A stretch of 20,102 nt of DNA from an uncultured archaeon (GTDB lineage: Archaea > Hadarchaeota > Hadarchaeia > Hadarchaeales > WYZ-LMO6), in assembly GCA_938074535.1 (NCBI GenBank), contig CALJER010000047.1:1-20102 (forward strand), in the 5' to 3' direction. Under the pieces are notes generated by a model. The model was not told where the DNA came from and did no database searches. It saw nothing but the letters and a program-made list of their open reading frames with translations. Made by a program: the position numbers and the translations under genes. Positions 1 to 8,602 of the stretch are shown here, one piece after another. The first letter of the stretch is position 1; each line of letters opens with the position of its first letter.

Positions 1-80
1 AAGGCGGGCCTCCAGGGTCCCCTTTGAGCTGGGGAGGATGGCATTTGTGGGCCGGGGAGGTGGGCCCTCCAACGCCATCT

Positions 81-87
81 TTTTAAA
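81..87 (+). promoter_or_regulatory. Archaeal TATA-box candidate (TTTTAAA) for the SDR-MaoC operon
   Basis: AT-rich TTTTAAA in GC-rich context 22-28 nt upstream of ATG 109, consistent with a leaderless or very short-leader transcript. Confidence 0.6.
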
Positions 88-108
88 CTGGAAGGAAAAA
101 GACGGGCG

Positions 109-1059
109 ATGGGCCTTCTAGAGGGCAGGGTGGCCATCGTCACGGGGGCGGGGAGGGGCCTCGGAAGGGAGGAGGCCCTGGAGCTGGCCCGCCACGGAGC
201 GAAGGTGGTGGTCAACGACGTGGGAGGGGGTTTTGATGGAAAGGGGGAGCACCACGGGCCGGCCGACGAGGTGGTGGCGGAGATAAGGAGGATGGGGGGA
301 GAGGCGGTTCCCAGCTACGAGAGCGTTTCAGATTTCGAGGGGGCTAGGAGAATAGTGGAGAAGGCTGTGGAGAGCTTCGGGAAGCTGGATATACTGGTGA
401 ACAACGCCGGAATCCTCAGGGACAGGATGATCTTCAACATGTCGGAGGAGGAGTGGGACGCCGTGATCAACGTTCATCTGAAGGGGACCTTCAACTGCAC
501 CAGGCACGCCTGCGCCTACTGGAGGGAACAGCACAAGGCCGGCAAGCCGGTCTCCGGGAGGATCATCAACACGGCCTCCGATGCGGGCTTGCTTTACAAC
601 CCTGGGCAGAGCAACTACGGGGCGGCCAAGGCTGGGATCGTGGCCTTTACCCTCATCGTGGCCAAGGAGATGGAGAAGTACGGAGTGACGGCCAACGTGA
701 TCGTTCCCCTGGCTAGGACCAGACTCACCACGGAGGCTACTCCTTCCATGGCCCCCCTCATGAGCACTCCCGAGGAGATGGAGAAGCGCTTCGGCTTCGA
801 TGTTCTGGCGCCTGGGAACGCCGCCCCCCTGGTGGCCTTTTTGGCCTCGGAGCAGGCCTCCGGTATCACGGGAAAAGTGATCAGGATCGTGGGCGGAACC
901 GTCTGGGTGCTGGACGGCTGGAGATCCCTTCAGAAAGCCTCCAAGAAGGGAAGATGGTCCGCAGAGGAGCTGGCGAAGGTCCTTCCAGAGTTACTGAAGA
1001 AGATGCCCCCCTACCAGGACCTGCCCTCCCTCCTGGCGGAGGAGCTGGGCCTTCCCTGA
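109..1059 (+). CDS. Short-chain dehydrogenase/reductase, MFE-2-like 3-hydroxyacyl-CoA dehydrogenase / 3-oxoacyl reductase
   Basis: TGAGRGLG Rossmann motif, VVVND, NNAGILRD, catalytic Ser (NTASD) and YGAAK; C-terminal extension as in MFE-2-type SDRs. Confidence 0.9.
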   Translation: MGLLEGRVAIVTGAGRGLGREEALELARHGAKVVVNDVGGGFDGKGEHHGPADEVVAEIRRMGGEAVPSYESVSDFEGARRIVEKAVESFGKLDILVNNAGILRDRMIFNMSEEEWDAVINVHLKGTFNCTRHACAYWREQHKAGKPVSGRIINTASDAGLLYNPGQSNYGAAKAGIVAFTLIVAKEMEKYGVTANVIVPLARTRLTTEATPSMAPLMSTPEEMEKRFGFDVLAPGNAAPLVAFLASEQASGITGKVIRIVGGTVWVLDGWRSLQKASKKGRWSAEELAKVLPELLKKMPPYQDLPSLLAEELGLP

Positions 1060-1063
1060 AAAC

Positions 1064-1894
1064 ATGCCGCTGAACACCGGGGCGGTGGGGAAAGAAACGG
1101 GTCCTCTGGAGTTCTCCTACTCCTGGAAGGACGCAATTCTTTACGCTCTGGGGATAGGGGCGGGGAACGAGGACCTGGAGTTCGTGTACGAGGGGAGACT
1201 GAAGGTCTATCCCACCTTCGCCGTGCTCCCCTCCTATCCCATCCTCTTCTGGGCCCTGGAGACCCTGGGGGGTGATCTGACCAGGCTGCTGCACGCTGGA
1301 CAAGAGCTGGTCCTCCACCGCCCCCTCCCTCCGGAAGGGAAGGTTTACACCACGGGGAGAATAGCCTCCCTCTACGACAAGGGGAAGCACGCCCTGGCCC
1401 TTGTGGAGATGAAGAGCAGGGATGGAGAAGGAAGCCTCCTCTTCGAAAACGTGGCTTCCCTCCTCTTCGTGGGGGAGGGCGGTTTTGGGGGCGAAAGAGG
1501 GCCCAGTTATAGGGAGGAGTTCCCCTCCCGCAGCCCCGACCTCTATGAAGAGGTGAAGGTGGGGGAGAACCTCAACCTTCTCTACAGGCTCTCGGGAGAC
1601 CTCAATCCCCTGCATGTGGATCCTGAGTTCGCCAGGCTGGCGGGCTTCGAGAGGCCCATCCTACACGGTCTATGCACCTTCGGGGTGGTGGGCAGGGTCC
1701 TGCTCCGAAGGCTCTGCGGCAACGATCCTGAGAGGTTTGGTTCGCTCCGGGCCAGGTTCTCCGGAGTGGTCTTTCCAGGGGACTCTCTGAGGGTGGAGGG
1801 TTGGAGGAGGGAGACGGACTACCTCCTCAGGGTGTCTACGGACAGGGGAGTGGCCCTTTCCGGCTCCTTGGGGCTGAAGGGAAAAGCTTTTTAA
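1064..1894 (+). CDS. MaoC/hydratase-2 family (R)-specific enoyl-CoA hydratase (double hot-dog fold)
   Basis: Hydratase-2 motif YRLSGDLNPLHVDP..A..AGF.RPILHGLCT; N-terminal LYALGIGA and LHAGQ motifs; 4 nt downstream of the SDR. Confidence 0.9.
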   Translation: MPLNTGAVGKETGPLEFSYSWKDAILYALGIGAGNEDLEFVYEGRLKVYPTFAVLPSYPILFWALETLGGDLTRLLHAGQELVLHRPLPPEGKVYTTGRIASLYDKGKHALALVEMKSRDGEGSLLFENVASLLFVGEGGFGGERGPSYREEFPSRSPDLYEEVKVGENLNLLYRLSGDLNPLHVDPEFARLAGFERPILHGLCTFGVVGRVLLRRLCGNDPERFGSLRARFSGVVFPGDSLRVEGWRRETDYLLRVSTDRGVALSGSLGLKGKAF

Positions 1895-1920
1895 GTAGGG
1901 CTTAAAAAAGGAAAGATTCA

Positions 1921-2907
1921 ATGAGGTATGCCAAGCTAGCCAAAGCAGACCTCCCCAAGCTTTTTCAGAGTCTGAAGGGCTATGGCGAGGTGTTTGCCCC
2001 CGTGGAGGAGAGGGGCAAGCTCTTCTTCAAGAAGGTGGAGGACCTGAAGGAGGTGAAGCTGGCGTACACCCGAACCCTTCTGCCTCCCAAGAAGCTCTTC
2101 CTCCAGCCCGAGGAGGAAATAATGTCCTACGAGGGTGAGAGCTACACGGAGAAGCTGGACGGTAGAAAGGCCGTGCTCTTCGGGGTGCACGCCTGCGACA
2201 TCAACGGCTTCCTCAAGCTGGACAGGGTCTTTCTCGATGCCCCCAGGGACGAGTACTACGCCAGGAGGAGGGAGAACACCCTGGTGGTGGGGATAACCTG
2301 CGTCCCGGACAAGTACTGCTTCTGCACCTCGGTGGGCAGCGGATATGCTTCCGGAGGCTTCGATCTCTTCCTGCACGACCTCGGTAAGGAATATCTGGTG
2401 AGGGTGGGGAGCGGAGAGGGGTACAGGCTTTCCAAGCAGGACTACTTCAAGGAGGCAGGGGAGGCGGAGGTGAAGCTCGCGGCGAAGCTGGAGGAGAAAA
2501 GAGCGGGTAAACTCAGGAGGAAGATCAACCTGATGGGGATGGGCGACCTGATAGAGACGGAAGGGAAGGAGGGGTGGGAGGAGCTCACGGCGAAGTGCCT
2601 GGCCTGCGGCACCTGCAACCTCGTCTGCCCCACCTGCCAATGCTACGATGTCTCGGATCTCCTTACCCTCGAGGTCAGGAAGGGAACCAGGGTACGCAGG
2701 TGGGACTCCTGCATGCTCAAGAGGCACGCCTTGGTGGCTGGGGGCTTGAACTTCAGACCCACCGTGGTGGAGAGGACGGTCAACCGGCTCAGCTGCAAGG
2801 TGGGGGAGGAGGTGAGATGTGTGGGGTGCGGGAGGTGCACCGTCTACTGCCCCGCCGGGATAGACTTCGTGGAGATGCTCTCGGCGGTCAGGGGTGAGGC
2901 GAGATGA
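1921..2907 (+). CDS. hydB: Group 3b [NiFe] hydrogenase (sulfhydrogenase) beta subunit, 4Fe-4S dicluster protein
   Basis: GVHACD, C...CFC motif, CLACGTCNLVCPTC and CVGCGRCTVYCP ferredoxin motifs, RRWDSC; first gene of a beta-gamma-delta-alpha operon. Confidence 0.88.
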   Translation: MRYAKLAKADLPKLFQSLKGYGEVFAPVEERGKLFFKKVEDLKEVKLAYTRTLLPPKKLFLQPEEEIMSYEGESYTEKLDGRKAVLFGVHACDINGFLKLDRVFLDAPRDEYYARRRENTLVVGITCVPDKYCFCTSVGSGYASGGFDLFLHDLGKEYLVRVGSGEGYRLSKQDYFKEAGEAEVKLAAKLEEKRAGKLRRKINLMGMGDLIETEGKEGWEELTAKCLACGTCNLVCPTCQCYDVSDLLTLEVRKGTRVRRWDSCMLKRHALVAGGLNFRPTVVERTVNRLSCKVGEEVRCVGCGRCTVYCPAGIDFVEMLSAVRGEAR

Positions 2908-3743
2908 ACGAGCTGCTTCCCAGGCAGGCGAAGGTGCTGAAGGTGGAGGAGCAGACCCCCATAGAGAAGCTCATCCAGCTCGACGTTTTCCTGAACCACA
3001 AGCCAGGTCAGTTCGTGGAGGTGAGCGTGGCGGGGGTGGGGGAGGCTCCCATCTCCATCTGCTCCTCACCCACCAGAAAGCCCACTGAGGTTTGCGTGAG
3101 GAAGGTGGGCAGGGTCACTGCAGCCCTGCACCGTCTCTCCCCGGGCGACAGGGTGGGGGTGAGGGGCCCCTACGGGAACGGTTTTCCGATGGAGAGGATG
3201 AAGGGGCACGACCTCATCCTGGTATCGGGTGGGCTGGGAATGGCTCCCCTGAGGGGCGTCCTGCAGTACGCGCTGGACCACAGGAGGGAATATCGGGAGC
3301 TTCTCCTCCTTTACGGGATAAGGGATTACAGCCTGATGCTCTTCAAGGATGAGGTCATGAAGCTCATGGACTCCAAGGACTGCAGGGTCTACCTCTCCTA
3401 CGAGAAGGAGGACGAGGTGTGCAAGAACTTGAAGAAGAAGTGTCCGGAGCGTGTCTGCGAGGGGGTGGTCACGAAGCTCTTCGGTATGGTGGACCTGAAT
3501 CCCGACGGCTATGTGGTGGTGTGCGGTCCGCCGGTGATGTACAGGTTCGTGTTCAAGGAGCTCATGGACAGGAACTTTCCCCCGGAGAGGGTCTACATGA
3601 CGATGGAGAGGAGGATGAAGTGCGGAATAGGAAAGTGCAGGCACTGCGTGGTGGGGGCGGGAACCTCCATGAGGTACGTTTGCAAGGACGGGCCCGTCTT
3701 CACGGGAGTGGATGCCCTGCAGATCAAGGGGTTGATAGGATGA
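2904..3743 (+). CDS. hydG: Sulfhydrogenase gamma subunit (FAD/NAD(P)-binding, 2Fe-2S)
   Basis: PGQF, GEAPISICS, RGPYGNGF, GGLGMAPL, CGPPVM, MKCGIGKCRHC...CKDGPVF; ATGA overlap with the upstream gene. Confidence 0.9.
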   Translation: MNELLPRQAKVLKVEEQTPIEKLIQLDVFLNHKPGQFVEVSVAGVGEAPISICSSPTRKPTEVCVRKVGRVTAALHRLSPGDRVGVRGPYGNGFPMERMKGHDLILVSGGLGMAPLRGVLQYALDHRREYRELLLLYGIRDYSLMLFKDEVMKLMDSKDCRVYLSYEKEDEVCKNLKKKCPERVCEGVVTKLFGMVDLNPDGYVVVCGPPVMYRFVFKELMDRNFPPERVYMTMERRMKCGIGKCRHCVVGAGTSMRYVCKDGPVFTGVDALQIKGLIG

Positions 3744-4495
3744 AGCCCAGGGTTGGAATTTTCGGGTTCACGGGATGCGCCGGTGACCAGCTCATGATCC
3801 TCAACCTGGAGGACGAGCTGCTGGACCTGGTGGGCGCTCTGGACCTGAAGTCCTTCACCATGGCCAGCAGCGCCGTGGAGGACAGCGAATACGATGTGGC
3901 CTTCGTGGAGGGATCCATCACCACCCCCAAGCAGAAGCAGAAGCTGGAGGAGGTCAGGAAGAAGGCCAAGCTCCTGGTGGCCATAGGCGACTGCGCCGCC
4001 TGGGGAGGAGTGCAGGCCAGCTGCAACGGGATCCTGACGGTGGGGGAAAAGATGAAGGAGGTCTACGGGGACGAGAAGGTGTGGGAGATCTACGAGTCTA
4101 AGCCCCTTTCCGCCTACGTGAAGGTGGATTTCGTGCTCCCCGGATGCCCGATAGAGAAAGAGGAGTTCCTGAGGGCCGCTGCTTCCCTTCTCAGGGGGGA
4201 CCTGCCGGAGGCGGTGGACTACCCCGTATGCGTGGAGTGCAAACTGAGGGAAAACGGTTGTTTGATGCTGGAGGGAAAGCTGTGTCTGGGCCCCCTCACG
4301 GTGGGGGGATGCAAGGCCAGATGTCCCTCGCTCCGGGTGGACTGCATAGGCTGTAGGGGAGTGATAGAGGGGGAGGCCAGGGTGAAGAGCGCCATGCAGG
4401 TTTTCAAGGAAGCGGGCTTCAAGCCGGATTACGTCAGGGCGAGGCTGCGCATGTTCGCAGCCAACTATCCTGAAATCTTGGAGGTGAAGGGATGA
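3740..4495 (+). CDS. hydD: Sulfhydrogenase delta subunit ([NiFe] hydrogenase small subunit)
   Basis: Start placed at ATG 3740 (ATGA overlap), not 3419 as in the ORF track; GCAGD, VEGS, IGDCA, LPGCP and a Cys-rich C-terminus (VCVEC, CLG, GCKARCP, CIGCRG). Confidence 0.9.
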   Translation: MKPRVGIFGFTGCAGDQLMILNLEDELLDLVGALDLKSFTMASSAVEDSEYDVAFVEGSITTPKQKQKLEEVRKKAKLLVAIGDCAAWGGVQASCNGILTVGEKMKEVYGDEKVWEIYESKPLSAYVKVDFVLPGCPIEKEEFLRAAASLLRGDLPEAVDYPVCVECKLRENGCLMLEGKLCLGPLTVGGCKARCPSLRVDCIGCRGVIEGEARVKSAMQVFKEAGFKPDYVRARLRMFAANYPEILEVKG

Positions 4496-5772
4496 AGATA
4501 GAAGTGGAACCTCTGGCCAGGGTGGAGGGAGAGGGCGGAATAGAGGTGGAGATCGAGGGCAACCAAGTAAGGGACGTGAAGTTCAACCTCTTCGAGGGTC
4601 CCAGGTTCTTCGAGTCTTTCATCAAGGGAATGCACTACGAGAAGGTTCCCGACGTGATGAGGAGGATCTGCGCCATCTGCACCTGCTCCCACAGCATGGC
4701 CTCCGTCAAGGCGGTGGAGGACGCTCTGGGGGTGAAGGTCTCCAGGCAGACCGAGCTCCTCAGGGACCTGCTCATCCACGGGGAGATGGTGGAGAGCCAT
4801 GCCCTGCACGTGTTCGCCCTGGCCCTCCCCGACTTCCTGGGCTTCCCGAGCGTGGTGCACATGGCCCAGAAGTACCCCAAGGAGGTGAAGGGGGCCCTTC
4901 AGCTGAAGAAGGCCGGCAACCTGGTCCACAACCTCCTCACGGGGAGGGAGGTCCACGGGGTGAACGAGAGGGTGGGGGGCTTCGCCACCCTTCCCTCGGA
5001 GGAGGACCTGAAGAGGATCAAGGAGGCCATGCAGCTCAACAGGGAGGTTGCCCTCCTCTCCGTGAAGCTCTTCTCCTCCTTCGAGCTTCCGGAGGCCCCG
5101 AAGTCCGAGAACACCTTCATCGCCGTGGATCCCGGGAAGAGGTTCGGGTACTTCGGCTTGAGGCACGCGGCCTCGGATGGTGAGAGCTGGGATGTCCACG
5201 ACTACAGGAAGTACATCAAGGAGAAAACGGTGAAGCACTCCAGGGCCAAGCACTCCTCCTACAAGGGCAGGCCCTTCATGGTGGGGGCGCTGGCCAGGCT
5301 GAGGCTCTTCGGAGAGAGGCTGGAAGGTGAGGCGAAGGAGCTCTTCAGACAGCACCGGGCCAAGCTGGACTACGAGAACTCCATCTCCAACAACCTGGCC
5401 CAGGCCATAGAGCTGGTCCACAGCGTGGACCGCTGCATCTCCGATGTGGAGGAGCTGCTCAGCTCCGGGCTGAGGAAGGAGGAACCGGTGGAGGTAAAAC
5501 CGAAGGCCGGAGCGGGGACGGCCTCCGTGGAGGCTCCCAGGGGTGTCCTGATCCACTCCTACCGGTTCGATGCGAAGGGAAGGGTGGTGTGGGCGGACGT
5601 GATCACACCCACCGCCATGAACGCCGCCAACGTGGACAAGGACTTCAGGGTGGCCGCCCCCAGGCTCATGAAGAACCCCAAGGAGCTGGAGAGGGTGCTG
5701 GAGATCATCGCCAGGGCTTACGATCCCTGCATCTCCTGTGCCACTCACCTGGTGAGGATAAAGAGGGTCTGA
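4492..5772 (+). CDS. hydA: Sulfhydrogenase alpha subunit ([NiFe] hydrogenase large subunit, group 3b)
   Basis: ARVEGEG, L1 motif RICAIC, EAPRG, L2 motif DPCISCATH followed by a 7-aa tail (LVRIKRV). Confidence 0.93.
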   Translation: MKIEVEPLARVEGEGGIEVEIEGNQVRDVKFNLFEGPRFFESFIKGMHYEKVPDVMRRICAICTCSHSMASVKAVEDALGVKVSRQTELLRDLLIHGEMVESHALHVFALALPDFLGFPSVVHMAQKYPKEVKGALQLKKAGNLVHNLLTGREVHGVNERVGGFATLPSEEDLKRIKEAMQLNREVALLSVKLFSSFELPEAPKSENTFIAVDPGKRFGYFGLRHAASDGESWDVHDYRKYIKEKTVKHSRAKHSSYKGRPFMVGALARLRLFGERLEGEAKELFRQHRAKLDYENSISNNLAQAIELVHSVDRCISDVEELLSSGLRKEEPVEVKPKAGAGTASVEAPRGVLIHSYRFDAKGRVVWADVITPTAMNAANVDKDFRVAAPRLMKNPKELERVLEIIARAYDPCISCATHLVRIKRV

Positions 5773-5775
5773 CCC

Positions 5776-7017
5776 CTAGCTGATTCCCTCCACCACCGTG
5801 GCTATTCCCACCCCTCCACCGCCGCACAGGGTCTGCATTCCGTACCTGAGGTGGTGGCGGTTCATCCAGTGGACCATCTCCGTGAAGTAAAGAACCCCAC
5901 TGCACCCTATGGGGTGACCGATGGCTATGGCTCCCCCGGTGGGGTTGATGCGGGGATCGTCGAAGGGCACCCCGAACTCCTTGCAGAAGGCCAGGACGGG
6001 GGAGGCGAAGGCCTCGTTGGGCTCCCACACCTCCACCTCCTCCATCCTCAGGTTAGCGCGGGCCAGGGCCTTGCGCATGGCGGGGATGGGGCCGAGCAGC
6101 ATGGTCACGGGGTCATCGCCCGCCACGGCCATGGACCTTATCTTGGCGAGGGGTTTGAGCCCGAGCTCGTCCGCCTTTTCCAGGGTCATCAGCATCACCG
6201 CCGCCGCCCCGTCCGCGATGGCGGAGGAGTTCCCGGCCGTGACGGTTCCGCCCTCCTTGAACCTGGGGGGGAGGGACCGGAGACGCTCGTAGGCCTCGGC
6301 CGGGTTGTCCAGGGAGACCGCCCTGGGTGGCTCGTCCCTCTCCACCCTTATCTTTTCCCCTCCCCTTTCCACCTCCACCGGGATCACCCTTTTTTCGTAC
6401 CACTCTTTTTCCCTCATGGCTCTCACCGCTTTCTGGTGGCTCCAGAGGGCAAACCGGTCCTGCTCTTCCCTCGTGAGCCCGTATTTCTCGGCTACCAGCT
6501 CCGCGGAGACCCCCATCACCTGAAGGGCCCCCCTCTCCTCCACCCTGGGGTGGAAGGAAACGGGGAAGTCGGCTTTAAGGGCAGCCTCCAGATCGGACCC
6601 GATGGGATAGTGGCTCATACTCTCCACTCCTGCGGCTATGGCTATCTCCCCGCAGCCCGTCATGAGCGCCTGGGCCTGCGAGTTGATGGCCTGCAGGCCG
6701 GCGTTACAGTACCTGTTGAGGGTCCAGCCCGCCGTCTCGAGGGGGAGATCCGCGGCCATCACCCCCAGCCTTCCCAGGTTGAGCCCCTGCTCCCCTATCT
6801 GGCTGAGGCATCCCACGGCCACGTCCTCTATTTCCCTCTCGTCGAAGGCCGAGCACCTCTTCTTCACCCTCTCCACCAGCCCGCGGAGGACCGTGGCCAG
6901 GAGGTGCTGTGAGGAAACCCCTGAGAAGGCTCCCTTCTTTTCCGCCCCCGCCCAGCCGGATTTCCCCGTGGGGGTGCGGACGGCCTCCACCACCACGACT
7001 TCCCTGAGTTCTGCCAT
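5776..7017 (-). CDS. Acetyl-CoA C-acyltransferase (thiolase)
   Basis: AVRTP.G, active-site NRYC, AAGVESMS, TAGNSS..DGAAA, NEAF, GGAIAIGHPIG, LCGGGG. Confidence 0.95.
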   Translation of the reverse strand: MAELREVVVVEAVRTPTGKSGWAGAEKKGAFSGVSSQHLLATVLRGLVERVKKRCSAFDEREIEDVAVGCLSQIGEQGLNLGRLGVMAADLPLETAGWTLNRYCNAGLQAINSQAQALMTGCGEIAIAAGVESMSHYPIGSDLEAALKADFPVSFHPRVEERGALQVMGVSAELVAEKYGLTREEQDRFALWSHQKAVRAMREKEWYEKRVIPVEVERGGEKIRVERDEPPRAVSLDNPAEAYERLRSLPPRFKEGGTVTAGNSSAIADGAAAVMLMTLEKADELGLKPLAKIRSMAVAGDDPVTMLLGPIPAMRKALARANLRMEEVEVWEPNEAFASPVLAFCKEFGVPFDDPRINPTGGAIAIGHPIGCSGVLYFTEMVHWMNRHHLRYGMQTLCGGGGVGIATVVEGIS

Positions 7018-7099
7018 TTTCCGGTCATTTTTTCGGCGGGCCAGGATTTAAGGGAGCCCGTGGGTATATTTAGCGGCAGACGGAAGAGCTCGGAGCGGA

Positions 7100-7510
7100 A
7101 TGAGGCCGAGAGTGGTTCCAGACACCAACCTCTTTATAGGGGCGCGCTTCAACCCCAGAAGCGCTTCCGCCAGGATTCTCAGCCTCTGCCTGGGAGGCAG
7201 ATGCCGGGCCATCCTCTCCACCAAGGTGAAGTCGGAGGTGAAGAGCATGCTCGGGAGGGTGGGTTGCGATGGGGAGTTTGGATCCAGGGTCAGGGAGCTT
7301 CTGAGGGAGGCGGAGGAGGTGGAGGTACGGGAGGAGCTCCCCCTCCTCATGGAGGACCCCGATGACAACAAGCTCCTCAACTGTGCCCTGTGGGGACGGG
7401 CGGACTACCTGATTACCAACGATCGCCACCTCCTGAAGTTCGGGGAGTACCTGGGGGTGAGGATATGCAGGCCCTCCGAGTTTCTGAGGGAGTTCGAGAG
7501 GAGGAGGTGA
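7100..7510 (+). CDS. PIN-domain protein (putative VapC-like RNase/toxin)
   Basis: VVPDTN, conserved Glu (SEV), DPDDNK..CA, ADYLITNDRHLL and C-terminal I..PSEFL. Confidence 0.88.
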   Translation: MRPRVVPDTNLFIGARFNPRSASARILSLCLGGRCRAILSTKVKSEVKSMLGRVGCDGEFGSRVRELLREAEEVEVREELPLLMEDPDDNKLLNCALWGRADYLITNDRHLLKFGEYLGVRICRPSEFLREFERRR

Positions 7511-7513
7511 GGC

Positions 7514-7528
7514 GGGCTTCAGAAGCCC
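7514..7528. repeat. Perfect inverted repeat GGGCTTC-A-GAAGCCC between the convergent PIN gene and tRNA; possible terminator or processing hairpin
   Basis: 7-bp arms read directly; function is inferred only. Confidence 0.35.
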
Positions 7529-7550
7529 TCGTCCCTTTGGGTCAGAAAGG

Positions 7551-7622
7551 TGGACCCAGCGGGATTCGAACCCGCGACCTCCCGCCTGCGAAGCGGGCGC
7601 TCTACCGCTGAGCTATGGGCCC
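7551..7622 (-). tRNA. tRNA-Ala (anticodon CGC), no intron, CCA not encoded
   Basis: Reverse complement GGGCCCATAGCTCAGCGGTAGAGCGCCCGCTTCGCAGGCGGGAGGTCGCGGGTTCGAATCCCGCTGGGTCCA folds as a cloverleaf; G3:U70 Ala determinant, A73, T-loop TTCGAAT; followed by CCT. Confidence 0.97.
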
Positions 7623-7643
7623 GAATAAACTAAGAAACCTTCT

Positions 7644-8600
7644 TTAAGTCTTTACATCAAGTTCGAGTTCGCACTCATGCGGATCCTTTTCCTTCATCCT
7701 CACGAAGGAGGGTGCCCTCAGCTTCAGGTCCCTGGTGAGCTCCAGGTATTTCACCTCGCACACCAGTCTGGGCTCCACCCACCTCACCTCGTAGGGCGGC
7801 TCCTCTTCCACGGGCCTCCTCCTGGTTTCGAGCTTCCTGAGAAGGGGGGAGAGCTCCTCCATGGTCTTGGTGCCGAATCCCGTCCCAACCCTGCCGAGGA
7901 GGACCAGCCTTCCCTCCGAATAAGCGCCCAGCACCAGGGACCCGAAGTAGGGCTCCCTCCATCCTTCCCCGGGGGTGTACCCCAGGATTACGGCGTCCAG
8001 GGTTTTCACCGCTTTCAGCTTGAGCCAGTCGGGGCTTCTCACCCCGGGACGGTAGGGGGAGTCCTTCCTCTTTCCCATCACCCCCTCCAGCCCCATCTTC
8101 TTCACGCTCTCCCAGAGTTCCCTCCCCTCCTGGGTGTGGAAGCAGACCCTGAGCCTCTCACCCTCCTCCACCGCTTCGGGAAGGAGTTTCTTCCTCTCGA
8201 CCAGGGGGAGGTGGAGAAGTTCCCGTTCTCCGGAAACCAGCAGGTCGAAGACCACCAGGGTGGCGGGGTGGAGGCGTGAGAGGAGCTCTATCCTGAGGGG
8301 ATCCTCCTGCTGCTCCCTCTCCTGAAGGAGGGAAAAGCTGGGGAGCCCGCGGTCCAAGACCACGATCTCCCCGTCGAGGAGGCAGGGGTCGGGGAGGAGG
8401 GAGCGGTGGAGAGCGGAGAGCTCTGGGTATCTGTGTTCGATCCACCTCCCCCTCCGGTTGAGGAAACGGAGCCTCTTTCCCTCCCTGTAGACCAGAGCCC
8501 TGGTGCCGTCCAGCTTGGGCTCCCAAAGGAAGTTCCCCCTCTCCAGATCGGAGGGCGAGCCCGTCCGGGCCAGCATGGGCTTCAGGAGGGGTAGCCCCAT
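7644..8600 (-). CDS. ATP-dependent DNA ligase, stand-alone LigD-type ligase domain (NHEJ)
   Basis: KPMLA, motif I EPKLDG.R, III LLDGEIV, IIIa VFDLL, IV EGVMGK, Y.PG.RS.DWLKLK (V), GRVGTGF, VI LRAPSF..; 318 aa with no polymerase or phosphoesterase domain; 2 nt downstream of Ku. Confidence 0.92.
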   Translation of the reverse strand: MGLPLLKPMLARTGSPSDLERGNFLWEPKLDGTRALVYREGKRLRFLNRRGRWIEHRYPELSALHRSLLPDPCLLDGEIVVLDRGLPSFSLLQEREQQEDPLRIELLSRLHPATLVVFDLLVSGERELLHLPLVERKKLLPEAVEEGERLRVCFHTQEGRELWESVKKMGLEGVMGKRKDSPYRPGVRSPDWLKLKAVKTLDAVILGYTPGEGWREPYFGSLVLGAYSEGRLVLLGRVGTGFGTKTMEELSPLLRKLETRRRPVEEEPPYEVRWVEPRLVCEVKYLELTRDLKLRAPSFVRMKEKDPHECELELDVKT

Positions 8601-8602
8601 GC

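Noticed and set aside
3419-3739. 107-aa N-terminal extension of the small subunit in the ORF track
   Set aside because: Overlaps the gamma subunit in another frame; homology begins at ATG 3740 with a standard ATGA overlap
4465-5748. 427-aa ORF antisense to the hydrogenase large subunit (similarly 881-1615, 1936-2727, 5851-6912, 11713-13326, 14884-15918)
   Set aside because: Shadow ORFs expected from GC-rich codon bias; no motifs and fully overlapping well-supported genes
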